From NCBI GenBank assembly GCA_020536535.1, contig JAHLWZ010000421.1, forward strand, positions 1-52,575: 52,575 nt of DNA. The letters run 5' to 3'. Origin of the DNA: Pelomyxa schiedti. Lineage: Eukaryota; Protista; Evosea. The position numbers were made by a program, and so were the translations under genes. This document shows, in pieces, positions 1 to 12,890 of this stretch. Below the pieces are notes generated by a model that worked only from the letters and a program-made list of their open reading frames with translations, had not been told where the DNA came from and searched no databases. How positions within the stretch are numbered: the stretch's first letter is position 1; each line of letters opens with the position of its first letter.

Positions 1-614
1 TGCACTGGATGACCCTCTAGTAGATGAAGAGGCAGATGAAGTTGTGGACCAAGTCCTTGAGGGAATTGGCATTGAAGTAGGCGAACAGGTTTGTACTGCA
101 GCCTAACACAAAATACAAACAAACACTCACTGTACCTTTCTAGTTGGATGAAGCCAAGGTGCCAGTAACTAAAGTGGCCACACCAAAGAAAAGTGCTGCT
201 GAGGAGGATGCCGAACTGGACGCAATGATAGCAAAACTGGTCCGTTCATGAGCATTGTCTGTGTATGGATGTGCGTGGGCTTTGTGTGTTTATAAAAAGA
301 AAAGAAAGAAGCTGGGTTTTTTTTTTTTTATTGTCGGAGGCAAAACTTGTTAGTGGTAGAGGATCTCCCTCATCATCGAAAAAACGTGGGCCTGTTTCTG
401 AATAAACATGTTCACCATCATAGCTGGAATGTTGCCCTTTGGGTCCATGTCTGGAACTTTAGTTAGTGCAAAAGGAAGGAAGGGAAAAAAGGTGAGCCTA
501 CGGGCAATTCGCGTAACATGACATGTACTCGGGCCTGTTGGCACAATCTTGAAAACGACTACTGGACTGACAGCCCTCACGTAGTTCTTGCCAATTGGCG
601 CCTCAGCGTGACCA
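1..614. repeat. Near-identical copy of 27534-28166 (CHMP2 3' end + START gene 3' end); probable alternative allele/haplotig
   Basis: The sequences align directly with a few SNPs and indels, the indels in intron/intergenic DNA. Followed by a 100-N gap (615-714). Confidence 0.93.
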
Positions 615-714
615 NNNNNNNNNNNNNNNNNNNNNNNNNNNNNNNNNNNNNNNNNNNNNNNNNNNNNNNNNNNNNNNNNNNNNNNNNNNNNNNNNNNNNN
701 NNNNNNNNNNNNNN

Positions 715-1289
715 GACTTGAAAGGGGTTTGAAGCATGGCCTTCACTGCAGGAAAAAGTTCGTGGACTTGGCAGCTTCTGTTCCACACAAATTCTGTACC
801 AAAGTCTACAACACCAGTGTCCGGATGCACGTGAGGGTGATGCACTTTGCTGATGAACTGTATCTGCGGTGGTGATTCCGGGAAATTATCTTATTGTTTC
901 ATGTGAGATACACACTGAATGGTTACTGCAGTGTTGCGAAGAAGACATTCACGTACCAGGGAAAGAAATCCAGAACTTGAATATTCCACCTCGGTAAAAC
1001 TGCCCCTGTCTCAGGAACATCACTCCACACCACTTATCTGTGTGTATTGTGAAAAGGCGTGAATCAGAATGGAAACTAACCAATTGGAGCATCAAAAGAC
1101 GGCAAAATATAAACACCAGCAGGAACTTGTGACTGACAAACGATACTGGGTTTTTGTTGAAAAAAAAAAAAAAAATAAATGCGTCGGCCAACAAACCAAC
1201 ACCCATCAGAAGAGATCAGAGACGCACTATTCGGCGCGAATGAGCTCTGATCTATCACACCCTCCACTCGTTACATCACATCCGCTCAT
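715..1289 (-). CDS. AKTIP: AKTIP/FTS-like inactive ubiquitin-conjugating (UEV) protein, 3' end lost in gap
   Basis: Spliced: MSG...ELIRAEYIVCQSQVPAGVYILPSFD..KWCGVMFLRQGQFYRGGIFKFWISFP..NFPESPPQIQFISKVHHPHVHPDTGVVDF. UBC fold with D at the catalytic-Cys position, as in AKTIP/crossbronx. Confidence 0.75.
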
Positions 1290-1422
1290 CGTTCCAACCA
1301 AAACACATTACGTTTCTCACAAATCAAAAGTTACAGGTTATGGCTAATTACACAATAATTTTTATAGTTTGAGCACAGAGGAGTTGGTTGTGGTTGTGGT
1401 TGTTTGGACAACATCATCATCA

Positions 1423-4400
1423 TCAAGGACAGCAGTGGGTCCGCGGTGTATTTCTCGTTTGGTAGTCCTGTGTAGTTGTTAATGGTAGGAAAGAGGGAGC
1501 GGGAACAAACGGGTCTGTAAGGGGTGAAGTAGCTTCTGGTTTCCACAAATAAGTGGTCATTTCTCCCTATTTGCGGAGGTTTTGGAACAATTCCTATCAT
1601 ATAGGAAGAAAGAAAATACCTTGCCGGCAATGATGACCTTCTCTCGGCGTTCGAAGGCATACAAATCTTTGAGTTTTTCATATGTGAACTCAGTAACTTG
1701 AATGCAACCGGGGAATCCTGATAGTTGTGTCAGAAACTTTTTTGTAAAAGATTTTTTTTATACCATTATGTTCCATCCTGGATGCAACGCTGAGAAACAT
1801 TAGTTCTGGGAGAAAAACTGAAGGGAAAAAAAGGGGTACTTGACAGTATCGCCCCATAAGTCTGTGTGAGGTGAGAAATGGCAAATAGGAGTGTGCTAGT
1901 ACCATAGGCAATTTTTCTAAATCCTATTACTCCGGCCACAACTTTTCCAGTATTCATCCCAACTCGAATATTTATAGGGTACTGCGACGTCTGATTGGGA
2001 GTCATCCACTACTTTAGGGAAAAAAAAGTACACACTGCGTTATAAGCGGCCAGTGATTCCAGCATTGCTATCGCGAAATCCATCATGACCTCGGCGTGAG
2101 CTGTGATATTGAGTGAATGAAGAGATTATTATGGAGAAGTTTACATTCAAATGGAATAGGAGCCCCAGAAACCACCCTGTGTGTTGTGAATTAGTTGGGA
2201 AAAAGGGATTGTCTTACATGTAACAGTCTCCAATTGTCTGGCTCGAGGGTGAGAGAATGAGCAGGGGAAAAACCCTATTACCTTGATTTTTTCTACGCCA
2301 AACTGTACGGTGAGCTTATCCCAAATACTGAAAACGGAATTTAAAAGCATCACAAGCTGTTCAGGTGACAGACTGGAGGACAGTGATGTAAACCTGTGGA
2401 ATGTTATTCTTCGTTTTTTCTTAGGTTGCTGTTTGTTGTACCCCACAATGTCTGCAAAAAGAACCGTGACGGACTCAAATTGCTGTGCGATAAGTGCTGT
2501 GCGCTTCTTCTCGTGTTCATGAGACGGGTTCTGGCGTAATTGATCCGCTATGGACTTGGGCAGGATGTTAAGCAAGAGGGATTCAACCTGACTGAAGTAA
2601 GTGGTCATGCGGAAAAAGCCCAAACAAACCCGATTTTGTTGCTTTTGAAGCTCTTTCTCGTGTTCCTTCAGTTTGGTGATGTCCCTTAAAAAGAGAGCAT
2701 GAATTTTTCTTCCGCCCAAAGAGCTGTGGCTCACAGAGAGAAGGGAAGAAAATTTGTAACCACCTGTGGCATGTGAGTGGGTTAGTTATGATTCTGGAGG
2801 TATACTCTTTTTTTGAACAGTGACTTCACTTCGTAGTAAAGTAGAGCCCTCCATGGCAGTTTTAACCCTTCAAAAGTTAAGAGCACCCTGAATTTCACTT
2901 AAACATACTCGAATACTTCTTCTAGCAGAGCTCTGTTGGATTCTATTTCATCCGGTATTATCAAGTGAATGCTTTGAAGTCTGACTTGCTGGAATGGGGG
3001 ACCAGTGAACATAAGAACAATGAGCAAATAAACTACATCATTTGAGAATCCTGTCATCTTCTCTGCAGCTGGGTTGAGAAATTCTATTGTCTTCACCTGG
3101 TTGCATACAATAACTGCGTAGTCGCAAGCATCTTGGTAAGAACGAAAAAAAAAGGTCAGTTGTGGTTGAGGGAAGTGGCAGGGCTACCTAGAATCGATTT
3201 ATTTTGTTTCTCTTGATCCTGTATGTAAAGGATGAGAACAAAAAAAAATTTGCCATCGTCTTCATTACTCTATAAGATTGCTCAGCAGCTTCTGAAACAT
3301 TGTGCCCAGTTTCAATGTACTCATTAACAGAAGGCACTGTGTCTATCACATTCACGGGAATAAATAGCATCATTTTGAACACCCTTAAAATAATGAATAA
3401 GTGCAAGGAGTGAAAAAAGTGCAACAAAAAAAAAAAAAAAACAAACTGCTCAATTTCTATTCCCATTGTCTCAATAAGGAATCGCACAACGAGAAGGAGA
3501 AGTAGACACATTGGAAGTGAAAGGTAGAAAACAAGAGACACCTTTTCCAGTGTGCTAGTATTGTGGAATGAGAATTGTAAGAGAAGAGAAAAATGCCCAC
3601 CGATTTAAATTACGAAGTGCAACTTCACAGGTTTTGTATGTATCCTCAGAGAGCCACGACTGGAGATGCGGTAAGATTGATGTAGCTCTGATGTAGTGGT
3701 TATTGCTGAATATTAGCCTGAAGAAGTTTCAGTGCCTGATTGTTTGAGGGTGGCTACCAATACCTGGAAGGAGAACCATTTGCAACCAAGTAGATGAGGT
3801 CTGCGTAATAACGCAAAAGAGTAGCAGCACCGTGGCAGTCATTAAGGCCTAATGTGGATGGACACTCGCGATGATACCACCTATTACTTGGTTAAATAAG
3901 AACTTTGAAGAATCGAATTCACAAGTCAAAAAGGTCGGTCTCTGTTTTCATGCGACTAAAAAGGATTTCAGTGTCTAACTCAAATGTAAGGTAAAAACCT
4001 TTTCACATGCAGGGAGTCGTTGCCATATTTGAGGGCGCGGTCCAGCAACTCAAATCTCTCATAAAATGAGTCCCAATAAACTTCTCACAGTGAATAAATA
4101 TTAAAATGTGTGGGGGCGACAGGAACCTTTACTCTGGTTTCGGGTATAACTCGTTTCATCATTCACAATTAGCTCCTGAGACCATAACGTAAGCTGGGTG
4201 CAGAGATTAACTCTTGTCCCAGCAGCCTCAACTTCATAGCCTGCGTTCTAGAAATGTTTAAGAGAAGAGAACCTCATCCCAAACAAAAGCACTAACTTTG
4301 TAGTCATTTGCAATGGGAATGACAAATGTAAAGATGAGAGTAGTCATCATTAAGAGCAGTGCAAGGGAGCTGAAGTATCCAAAAGATAGCTTTTGAAGTG

Positions 4401-7400
4401 AAGAGAACCTTGAAGGTCAAACTTACTGCGAGTTGTATTTGAAATTACCCCATACTTGTCATAAGAATTTCCATGAGAGAGGTCTTTCTCGTCACAACCA
4501 ATTTTTTCAGTTGTATTCAACACAGATGACTGGAAAAGAATTGAGTGAATGAGTTGGTAAAAGAGCCAACCTTTGGAAGATCGAGGAACAGTCTGATGAG
4601 GGATGTTCGCTCTTTGTAAATTGCTCGAAGAGTAGGTAAGAATACAGATGCGACCTGTCAAAAAATGAGTAAAAAGAGGGAACTGTGAAAGAAACGAACC
4701 ATGACAACTGATATCAATAGTGTTGCAGAGTAAATGATGTACAAGGATATCTGTATCTTTGTGCCTTGTTGGGCTGCCGAAACGGAATAAAGAGACCCCA
4801 GATCTCTGAGAGCAGCAATTAATGAAACTGGCCCATTATCCATCACCTTATGGAGACGAATTATGAGAATTTTAAGTGGTGATTAGCCACACACAAATCT
4901 AAATGAAGGATTTCCCCGCAAATTGGGCAATCCATCCATAACCATGCCTTCACAGAGCCTTTTGAGGCTGTTTGTAAAGGTGAACACAGCATCCCACAGT
5001 TGCTCTGTTGTGTAAATGTGGAAACCGGTGTAGTAATCTGACTGGTTTCTGGGAATATAGGTATTTATCTGTTGACCCTCTAAGCTAAGCTTGGAAGAAA
5101 GTAAGGAATACCATAACACGTGACTCAGCCCAATAATTGCTTATTTCTGAAGAAATTTTACTCTGCTCAAACATCGCTGCAAAGCTATCTTCAAAAGCGG
5201 CGAGTTTTGCTGACATCTCATAGCAACTACAGAATCTAGATTTACAAAAAGGGATTCCATATTAAAACACACAGGTTGGAGGCAGTCTCATCATCGTGAC
5301 TGATTAAAGCAGTCTCTATAGCTCTCGAATAGTAGACGGATGATTGTGTGTAATCCTTACAAGTCACTGTGCTAAAGTACCAGTGAAAAAGGAGACTCGT
5401 GAGGGGAGATGTACCTGTTCATTTCGATGAGCCGTTGCTTAAAGGCAGAAAATGTGGATCTTGTGAGCAGATATGCCACAAGAATGCTTAAATATCTTAT
5501 ATAGATGAGGGGAAAAGGGAATATTTGGAGTGAACTCACAAAACTGTAATTGTGAAAACATTGCTGAGATGAAGACGCTTCAGTGCTGATAACTTCGAAG
5601 ATTCAATTCTCCTTCTTACTGACCTTAAATGGGAAACAGCGCTCCCACTTGAGCTGGCTGTGTTTGTACTTTCCGAGTCAGATAAAGAGGTGGAAGAAAT
5701 GCTATTTGTTTCTTCCCTCTCAGGTGGGGCTCCTTTGGAGGCAAACCTTCAGGTTGTTAGTAAGGTCACACTGCCTGCTTCATACTTGGATGAACTGTTT
5801 GCAGCTTGGTCAGCAAACTTGACAGCTTTTGAACCAGTTTCACTCGTACGGGAGGCCTTCAAATCAACTCTCCTATTTCAAGTTCAACGCAAAAGGATTT
5901 GCTAGTATTGGGGAACCTGCGATGCCTTCTTGTTGCTTGATCTTCAAGCTCATCAGCAAGAGTAAAGGCTTCCTCAGCAGCTTCTTTATCGTTTTTCAAC
6001 ACCTTCTGGAACCAACCATATCGTCTGGCAACCCTGGAAAAAGTTAAACCTGCATGAATACTCTGTGTGATACTTGTATGAATGAGGATAGTTGTGCAAC
6101 AAATCGGAGAATTCTGACTCCACCCTTTCCTGATAATATCGCAGTTGCCTCGCAGAATATAACAGGGCATTGGTATTTGGTGCGGAGTCAGACTGTGCCC
6201 GAGTGATTAGTTGCCAGAAGAGTGAGGCAAATCCTTTGGCAGCACTACAGAGGCGTAAGAACAGAAAGGAGCCTTAAACATTGTTGCGAACCTAATGTTT
6301 TTTTCAAGGGCACAAGGCATTATCCAACTTGTGATATCTCTCACCTTCATGAATTCTATCTGAAGCCACCTGAAGGACAGTGGCAGTTTTATAAGAAAGA
6401 TCAAAAGCAGAGTCCATCATTTTCGCATTTTTGGCATGAATGCTTGCTGTGGATAAATTAGCTGTGGCTTTTGTCGGAGTAGTGCCTGTGTTGGGATCAT
6501 TTTTAATTTCGAGGAGGAACACCGCATATGAAGCATGAAGATAGGCGGAATTTTGCAAAGAACTGGCAATGGCCTCCTGAAAAAGAATATGTGCGGTTTC
6601 CACCAGTTCAGTCTCTACTGAACTCTTTTGGTAAACTCTGTGCACAAGGAGATCGATCTGAGATTTACAGTTAGCAAACAAAGTGTTTCAGGAATTTACC
6701 TGGTAAGGGTACTTGAGTGCGTAATGTTTCGAAAGGGAGTATGATTTAATGATTTTACTAAATTTATGTAGCCTCAACTGAGTGACAAGAAATGACCCTG
6801 TGGGTGATTAACACCGTGAAAGACATAGAACTGTACCAAATAAAAGAAAGGGAATTCCAGCGGCAAACAGAATTGGAGATACGTTTTTACCTCCAGTAGC
6901 GGTCGCAGTAATCATGGCAATACTGCCCCATGAACATAGTGAATAACTGTACAGGGAGTTAACTCAATTTGGTCTAAAAAGCTTTTTAGGCACACCAAAA
7001 ACCATAAAGATAGTTGGGCAGCTTTTTATAGAACGGCAGAAATACGACATGCAACACAAACAGTAGCACCGACGCTATACATGTGACCACCGCATATACA
7101 CGTGCGTAACGTACGCTCAAAACCCCTTCCATCAGAGACATCAGCACTTTGAAAGTAAACAGGAGGAATGAGATCCTTGTGTGTGATTGCGAGAACCAGC
7201 TGGAGAGAGGCAGCACTGATACGTGGCTTAAAACAGGAGTAAATTTTTGGAATGGAATAATGGAAATACAAGAGAGACATGTATCCGCCAAGAGATATGA
7301 CGAATATCAATCCAACGACAGAGAAAGCAAAAATAAATACATTATTTCCCTCCCAGCATTTAGATGAGGAGTAATGAGTGAAACCAGAGTTGCAGCAAAT

Positions 7401-8202
7401 GACTTTTAATTACGTTATTATTAAGGCCTTACACAAGAGTAATGGCTTACTGGAAATAAAGAAATATAGCATTGGTAACATCAGAGCTGACAGGATCTGA
7501 AGGGTATATCGCAGGACCTGGCATAGCTTCAGATTTGGAACGTTGTTGGTCTTCTTCATTAAAAGGTACGCAAAGGTAAATAAGAGCACAACAGCTGCCA
7601 AGAAACCAAGAAGACCCCAGACAACATATTGATGAATGTCATAATCCCGTAAATAGGGTGCTCTAAAGACCCAATTAACCAAAGCACAGATATTGGTTGG
7701 TAACCTCACGTAGGAAATGCATTCCCAAACTGACGTCGATTCACCACCAGCCAGGAGAAGAATCAGGCGGAGTGGAAGTGTGACAACTTGAACAAGTTCC
7801 AGTATAACAACAACCCAAATGAATGCAGCAGGCAGGTGCGCGGACATAACGAAAAAACTCAGTTTCTGCAGCAGGTCTTTAGAAGAGTGTCAGTACAACA
7901 TCAAAGAGCAAAAGGGCGAGCTAACTGAGGTGCCTCTTCCATGAAGTGGAACCGGACTCAGACCTGAAGAAAATAACAATAAGTTATACCGATATCCAAA
8001 AAAAAAAAAAAAAAAAAAAAGCAGCTGCGGCCAACCAAACAAAGGAGTTTGATGATGCACTCTCCCCGCTGTGTTCTGATACTGTAAGAGACTCCCCTTG
8101 CTGGTAGTCATTATGGGCGGTGACACCACCACCCACGTTGTGTGTGTCATTCTCAATGTCATTGTAAATGTCAGCATCACCAACTCGGTTGCTCATCATC
8201 AT
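1423..8202 (-). CDS. Large multi-transmembrane protein (TmcB/TmcC-like N-terminal architecture) with PAS domain and class III adenylate cyclase domain
   Basis: Hydrophobic TM exons at 6800-7900, ~4700 and ~3500. PAS motif IEFLNPAAEKMTGFS (~3050-3100). Cyclase motifs SVTVLFADIVGFT, VEKIKTIGDCYM, IRVGMNTGKVVAGVIG, AYDLWGDTVNVASRME, RIQVTEFTY. Many short introns. Confidence 0.85.
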
Positions 8203-8527
8203 GTTGTTTTTGTTTTGGTTTTGGTTCTTGTTCTTGCTGTGCTGCTTTGTGGGCGTTTGTTTTTGTTTTCGGTTTTGTTGGTTCGTGACATTGCCATTTC
8301 GTTTTGAGAGCGCTACGGAGCAGTGACGATCTGATGTTTTTCGTCTTTTTTCCAGTTCTCCGAACACCTTTCAGCTTGTGGTCTTCTAGCTGGGTAGTTT
8401 CGCTGCCTTGCACATAGAAATTCCACACCACTGGGGGGTTACAAGGGAAACTTCTGAAGTGGCACATTGTTCAAAGACTCTCAATGACTCAAGTTGGAGA
8501 CAACCACACAACAAAAAAAAAACCCCA

Positions 8528-10132
8528 ATGGCATCCCAAGCACGGCCTGGGGAGGACACCACCCGATCGACACAGCAACAGGCGACGGAGCCGACTCCCA
8601 AGAGGCCACGAACAACCCAGCAGCCGCCCGAGTCCCCCGCGCCCGCGCCCACGGCCACGTCAAGCACAGGCACGCCCCCCAGCCACTCCCGCGTTGTCGT
8701 CAAGACCGAGGGGGGCCTATGCATCCACGAACACGCCGACGACAACGAGCACCACCACCACGACGACGACGCCGGGGCAGGGGCAGGGGCAGGGACGCGG
8801 TGGTGCGGGTGCGCGGCGTGCGTGCTGTCGCGTAAGTACAACAACGCCATGGTGTCGTCGGTGGTGAAGGGCGCATTCGTGTACTTGGACAGGCTGGCTG
8901 TCGACGCACAAAAGGTAGCGGCGTGGGTTGGTTGCCCCCCGGGATTGTGGGTGCCCTGGACTGTGGGGGCCACTGTTTTGCGGCGATTACTGTCACTATG
9001 ATGATTACTAGTATTAGTGTACAGATATATATATATATATATATATGGAACGGAATGAGATTCCATTGTCTGCGCTTTGACTCCAGTTTAGAGCGCAAAT
9101 GAAGCCAATGTGGAAGTTGATGATACTTTGTCGAAGATAAGAGCTGAGATGCTGGCAATGGTAGATGCAAAGATCGGGAAGTTGAAGGCTGAAATTCAAT
9201 CAAACTTAGAGGTTCTACCACCCTTTTTTTTCCCCCTTTGTTTGCGATCATTTATTCCCAAGCAGACCTCCTTTAATAAGCTAAAGTCTCTCAACTCCAA
9301 TGATTACACAGGAAAACAACGCGTGTGTCCTCATCCCTTCCTATCAGCCAAACTTATAACTAATTGGTTGCCAGCTTCTTTGCTCAAGGGAGCGTCTGAT
9401 GAAAGTATTGAGGACTTCTTTAGAAGAAATCTCCATATTCAAAGGTGGGGAATGAGGACTTCTTTTTCGTTTTTACTTCAAATACACCAACAGGTACACA
9501 TATTCTGGACTTGCCAGTGGCTGTTCTATCGCGCATTATCTGTTATTTACCGCGAAAGTCTATTCTTGCTGCCCGGGCAACCTGCCTTCAATTGTGGGAT
9601 GCCGTTGGTACGTCAGCCATCCAGTTTCTGTTCAATACTTCCCTGTGTCCCTTATGACATCACTTCCACAGCCTGTGGGTGTAGGGACAGCCCAATCTCA
9701 ACAGAAGCGCACAAGGGTTCCCATCCAATCCTCGGAGAAGCCTGGATGTTTACCGGCAAAGATACATTCTCTACCCCATGCATGACCTTCCAGGTATCTG
9801 TGGTGAAAATACCAACAGGAGGCATTGGAGTCTATTTCCGGGTCATCAAAAGGAAGCTGTATGCACAGGCCAAAAAAGTAATAGTGCAGTTGCACCCGTG
9901 TGCCTTCAATAACCAGCAACAACAGCAACAACAACAACAACCACAACAACCATTGAAACCACAGGCCTGCTTCCTCGAGACTTATCAACTGGCCAAATCA
10001 GCAAAGTGGGGTGTGGAATTCCCCGATGAGGTGACCAGGGTGCAGATCTCAATCACGATGCTCGAGGGCACGTCCGTCGTTCCGAAGGGACCCTCACCCA
10101 CATTCAGACACAGGCCCCGTCTCAATGCCTAA
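8528..10132 (+). CDS. F-box protein, paralog 1 (CxxC + coiled coil + F-box + beta-rich C-terminal domain)
   Basis: F-box-like ILDLPVAVLSRIICYLPRKSILAARATCLQLWDAV (~9495-9610). Collinear homology with the next gene. Confidence 0.7.
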
Positions 10133-10306
10133 TCCCTGAGAAACCCAAGTTTTTGATGAACAAATTTGTATCTGAAACGTGTTTTTTTTTTGAGAACGCG
10201 TTCGAGGGGGTGATGGGTGTGTTTGTGAAAGCAATTCCCTGCTCGTGTGTCACTGTAATGCATTGCCTTACAGCAATGTGGTTAGATCTCGAGGAAAAAA
10301 ACGACT

Positions 10307-11605
10307 ATGGAACCGATGGCCAAGCGGGCAAGACACGTGCAACCACCGGTGTCGCAGAGGCACCAACGACAGGAGATCCACAGTCAAGGGCATCAATCCA
10401 CATCTCATCATACCAATGCACGCGACGGCGCGTCCGACGAGGGGAACTACAGACCAGATTGCCGCACCTGCACTGCGTACTTGTTGTCGCGGAGGTATAA
10501 CAATGCGTTGCTGTCATCAGCTGTGAGGGGTGCCTTTGTTTCCTTGGACAAGCTCGCAATCGACGCTGATAACGTGGGTCATCCCCTTCATCTGTGTACA
10601 ATTGCACCGAAGTTGTCGTTTTCTTGTTTTGACATTCTCGCAGAATGCGACGAAAGCCAAAGCGGAAGTCGCCAGCACTTTGAAAGATATGAGAAGTGAG
10701 CTGGTTAAAATGGTTGACTGCAAGATGGATGAATTGGAAGCTGAAATACAGGACCACTTAGAGGTGTTGCACTTCTCTTTTTCCATTGTGATTCAATTCC
10801 AAAAAAAGACTTCATTGGGTAAGCTTAAATCACTGAACTCAGCCGAGTGTACAGGAAAGCAGCGGGTGTGTCCTGTTCTCACCCACATTCGTCTCACGAT
10901 CTGCAGTTTGTTTGCCAAAGAACCCGCTTGATGAGTATCTTCAGAAGTTCATTTCAGGAGATAGCCTTCTTGTATGGTGCGTTCAGGAACTGCGGTTGTT
11001 ACTCAGACAAAGTCTGACCAATGTGTATCAACAGGGACACACATTCTGGACTTGCCACTTGACGTTTTATCGCACATTGTTGGGTATTTATCACCGAAGT
11101 CTGTTTTTGCGGCTCGTGCTGTCTGCCTGCAGTTTTGGTCTGCTGTCTGCCAAGGTGATACAACTTTCTTCTTTCACGCCACTAACCGTTTCCAGTTTAT
11201 GGCTGCGTGAACTGCACGTTCTCTGCGGACGTTGTGAAGGACGCATCTGGGCGTTGGATAGTTTCCGGCAGTGACATCATAGTTACTCCCTGCATGAATT
11301 TCCAGGTGTCTGTACACACGGTGCCAGCAGGAGGCATTGGTGTATATTTCTACGTGACCAAGAGGAAGCACTATGCTCAGGCCAAGAAGGCGATAATACA
11401 GCTGATTACCCCCGGTTCAAAGAAGCACAAGCAGAGCTGCTTTCTCGAAACGTACCACCTTGCGGACCCAATCAAGCCATGGGGCACAGTTTTCACCGAC
11501 TTGCAAGCAAACAAGACATCCAAGGTTCACTTCTCAGCCACCTTGCAAGATTGCTCCCACACTTCTCGTGGAAAGTCTTCCAGGCCCCGCGTCACTAAAC
11601 ATTAA
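10307..11605 (+). CDS. F-box protein, paralog 2
   Basis: ILDLPLDVLSHIVGYLSPKSVFAARAVCLQFWSAV. Shares LSR.YNNA..SS.V.GAFV.LD.LA, TGKQR, TPCM.FQVSV...P.GGIGVYF and CFLETY.LA...WG with paralog 1, with similar intron positions. Confidence 0.7.
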
Positions 11606-11708
11606 GAGACTCGGTCTTTGGAGGTGTGGCAAGTCTTCAACGTAACCGCTCTTGCGGTTTCATCAAAATCAAAAACAAAAAAAAGCCCCCAACGGACACA
11701 CACCATCG

Positions 11709-12890
11709 ATGTCTAACGGTGGGCTGGTGCACGCCGTCTACCCCAGCAGCGCTGTGGATCAGTTCGTGGCCCTCATGGCGTCGTCCAACCCGCGGTGCGG
11801 CGCGGGCAGCCCCGCCCGCGCACTGTGCTCGTCCCCGCCCCTCGCCGCCATTCTGTGGCGCACCGTCGTGACGGCCACGCGCTCCGACTTCGTGGTGGTG
11901 GTCAGCGGCCTGGTCGCGACCATGTGGCTCAGCCACACCATCTCGTTCTCCGTGTGCGGCTCCCTGCTCAGCCTCGTCGGAGGCGCGTGCTCGGCGACCT
12001 CGGGCGACAGCGAGGCGGTTCAGTGGGTGACGCCGCGCGTCGGAGTGAGGCGCGAGTCCCAGGGGTTCGTAGAGAGGTTCGTGTTCCTCAAGGAAATGAG
12101 AAGGCCGCCGCCGCACTACCAGGTGGTGAGGCAGTCTGATGTGCTCTCCTCGGGTTTCAAGAATGATGCGGCTAATTCCAAGTGGTTCATCACAGCCGAA
12201 TTTGCAGGGGCTATTACAATCAGCAGGATCGAGGGGTGGCCGGACTCACGCAAGAGCTTTGATCCTGTGATGGTGACCATTCCTGGGTGTGAATCCATAG
12301 TTTCCTTCAACCACGGGGTTGACGACGAGGCCCTCCTGAGGTTTCATATCCGCCCAACTCAGTGCGTTGAGCTCATCTTGTTTGATGTCAACCTCACACA
12401 CAAGTCTGGGAATCTTGCTGTGATCACATCCGTGTCACTCAAAAACATGGATTACACGTTCGACGACGTGAGGGTGATGAGGAGGCGCAGTGGTGCTGTT
12501 GTTTTCGTTGCAACAAGCTTGAGCTCGAGTGAGATGGAGGTGGTTCTGATTGATCCAACAGCAACTGAAGTCATGACTCGGGTGACATGCAACTGCGCAG
12601 TGATATCGCAGGTCAGTTCCTCTGTGTTCTGTGCGTGGTGCCCTCCGCCAACGAGGTCGTTCGAATTGTGGGACTGCAACGACCTGAGCAAACCACTGAG
12701 GGCAATCAACAGCGGTGACAACTTCACACAGGTTGTTGGTGGGCAGGGGTTCCTGTTTGGTGTTGTTGGTGGGAAGGTTGTTGTGATGGAGGCATTCACC
12801 GGCACCACTGTGGTCACCTTCGATGTGTCTCTCGCCCTCCCCACTGCAACGCAGTTCATCGTCATGAATCCACTTTCTCTTCTGGAATGA
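11709..12890 (+). CDS. Intronless hypothetical protein, lineage-expanded family (N-terminal QFVALMASSNPRCGAGSPARAL motif; beta-rich body), copy 1
   Basis: Uninterrupted ~393-aa ORF from ATG 11709 with GC-rich codon bias. Close paralog downstream. Confidence 0.85.
   Translation: MSNGGLVHAVYPSSAVDQFVALMASSNPRCGAGSPARALCSSPPLAAILWRTVVTATRSDFVVVVSGLVATMWLSHTISFSVCGSLLSLVGGACSATSGDSEAVQWVTPRVGVRRESQGFVERFVFLKEMRRPPPHYQVVRQSDVLSSGFKNDAANSKWFITAEFAGAITISRIEGWPDSRKSFDPVMVTIPGCESIVSFNHGVDDEALLRFHIRPTQCVELILFDVNLTHKSGNLAVITSVSLKNMDYTFDDVRVMRRRSGAVVFVATSLSSSEMEVVLIDPTATEVMTRVTCNCAVISQVSSSVFCAWCPPPTRSFELWDCNDLSKPLRAINSGDNFTQVVGGQGFLFGVVGGKVVVMEAFTGTTVVTFDVSLALPTATQFIVMNPLSLLE

Noticed and set aside
615-714. 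ORFs crossing the N runs (also 27434-27533)
   Set aside because: Artefacts of 100-N scaffold gaps.
9110-10132. 340-aa ORF taken as a single-exon protein
   Set aside because: It reads through several introns; comparison with paralog 2 puts the F-box exon in another frame.
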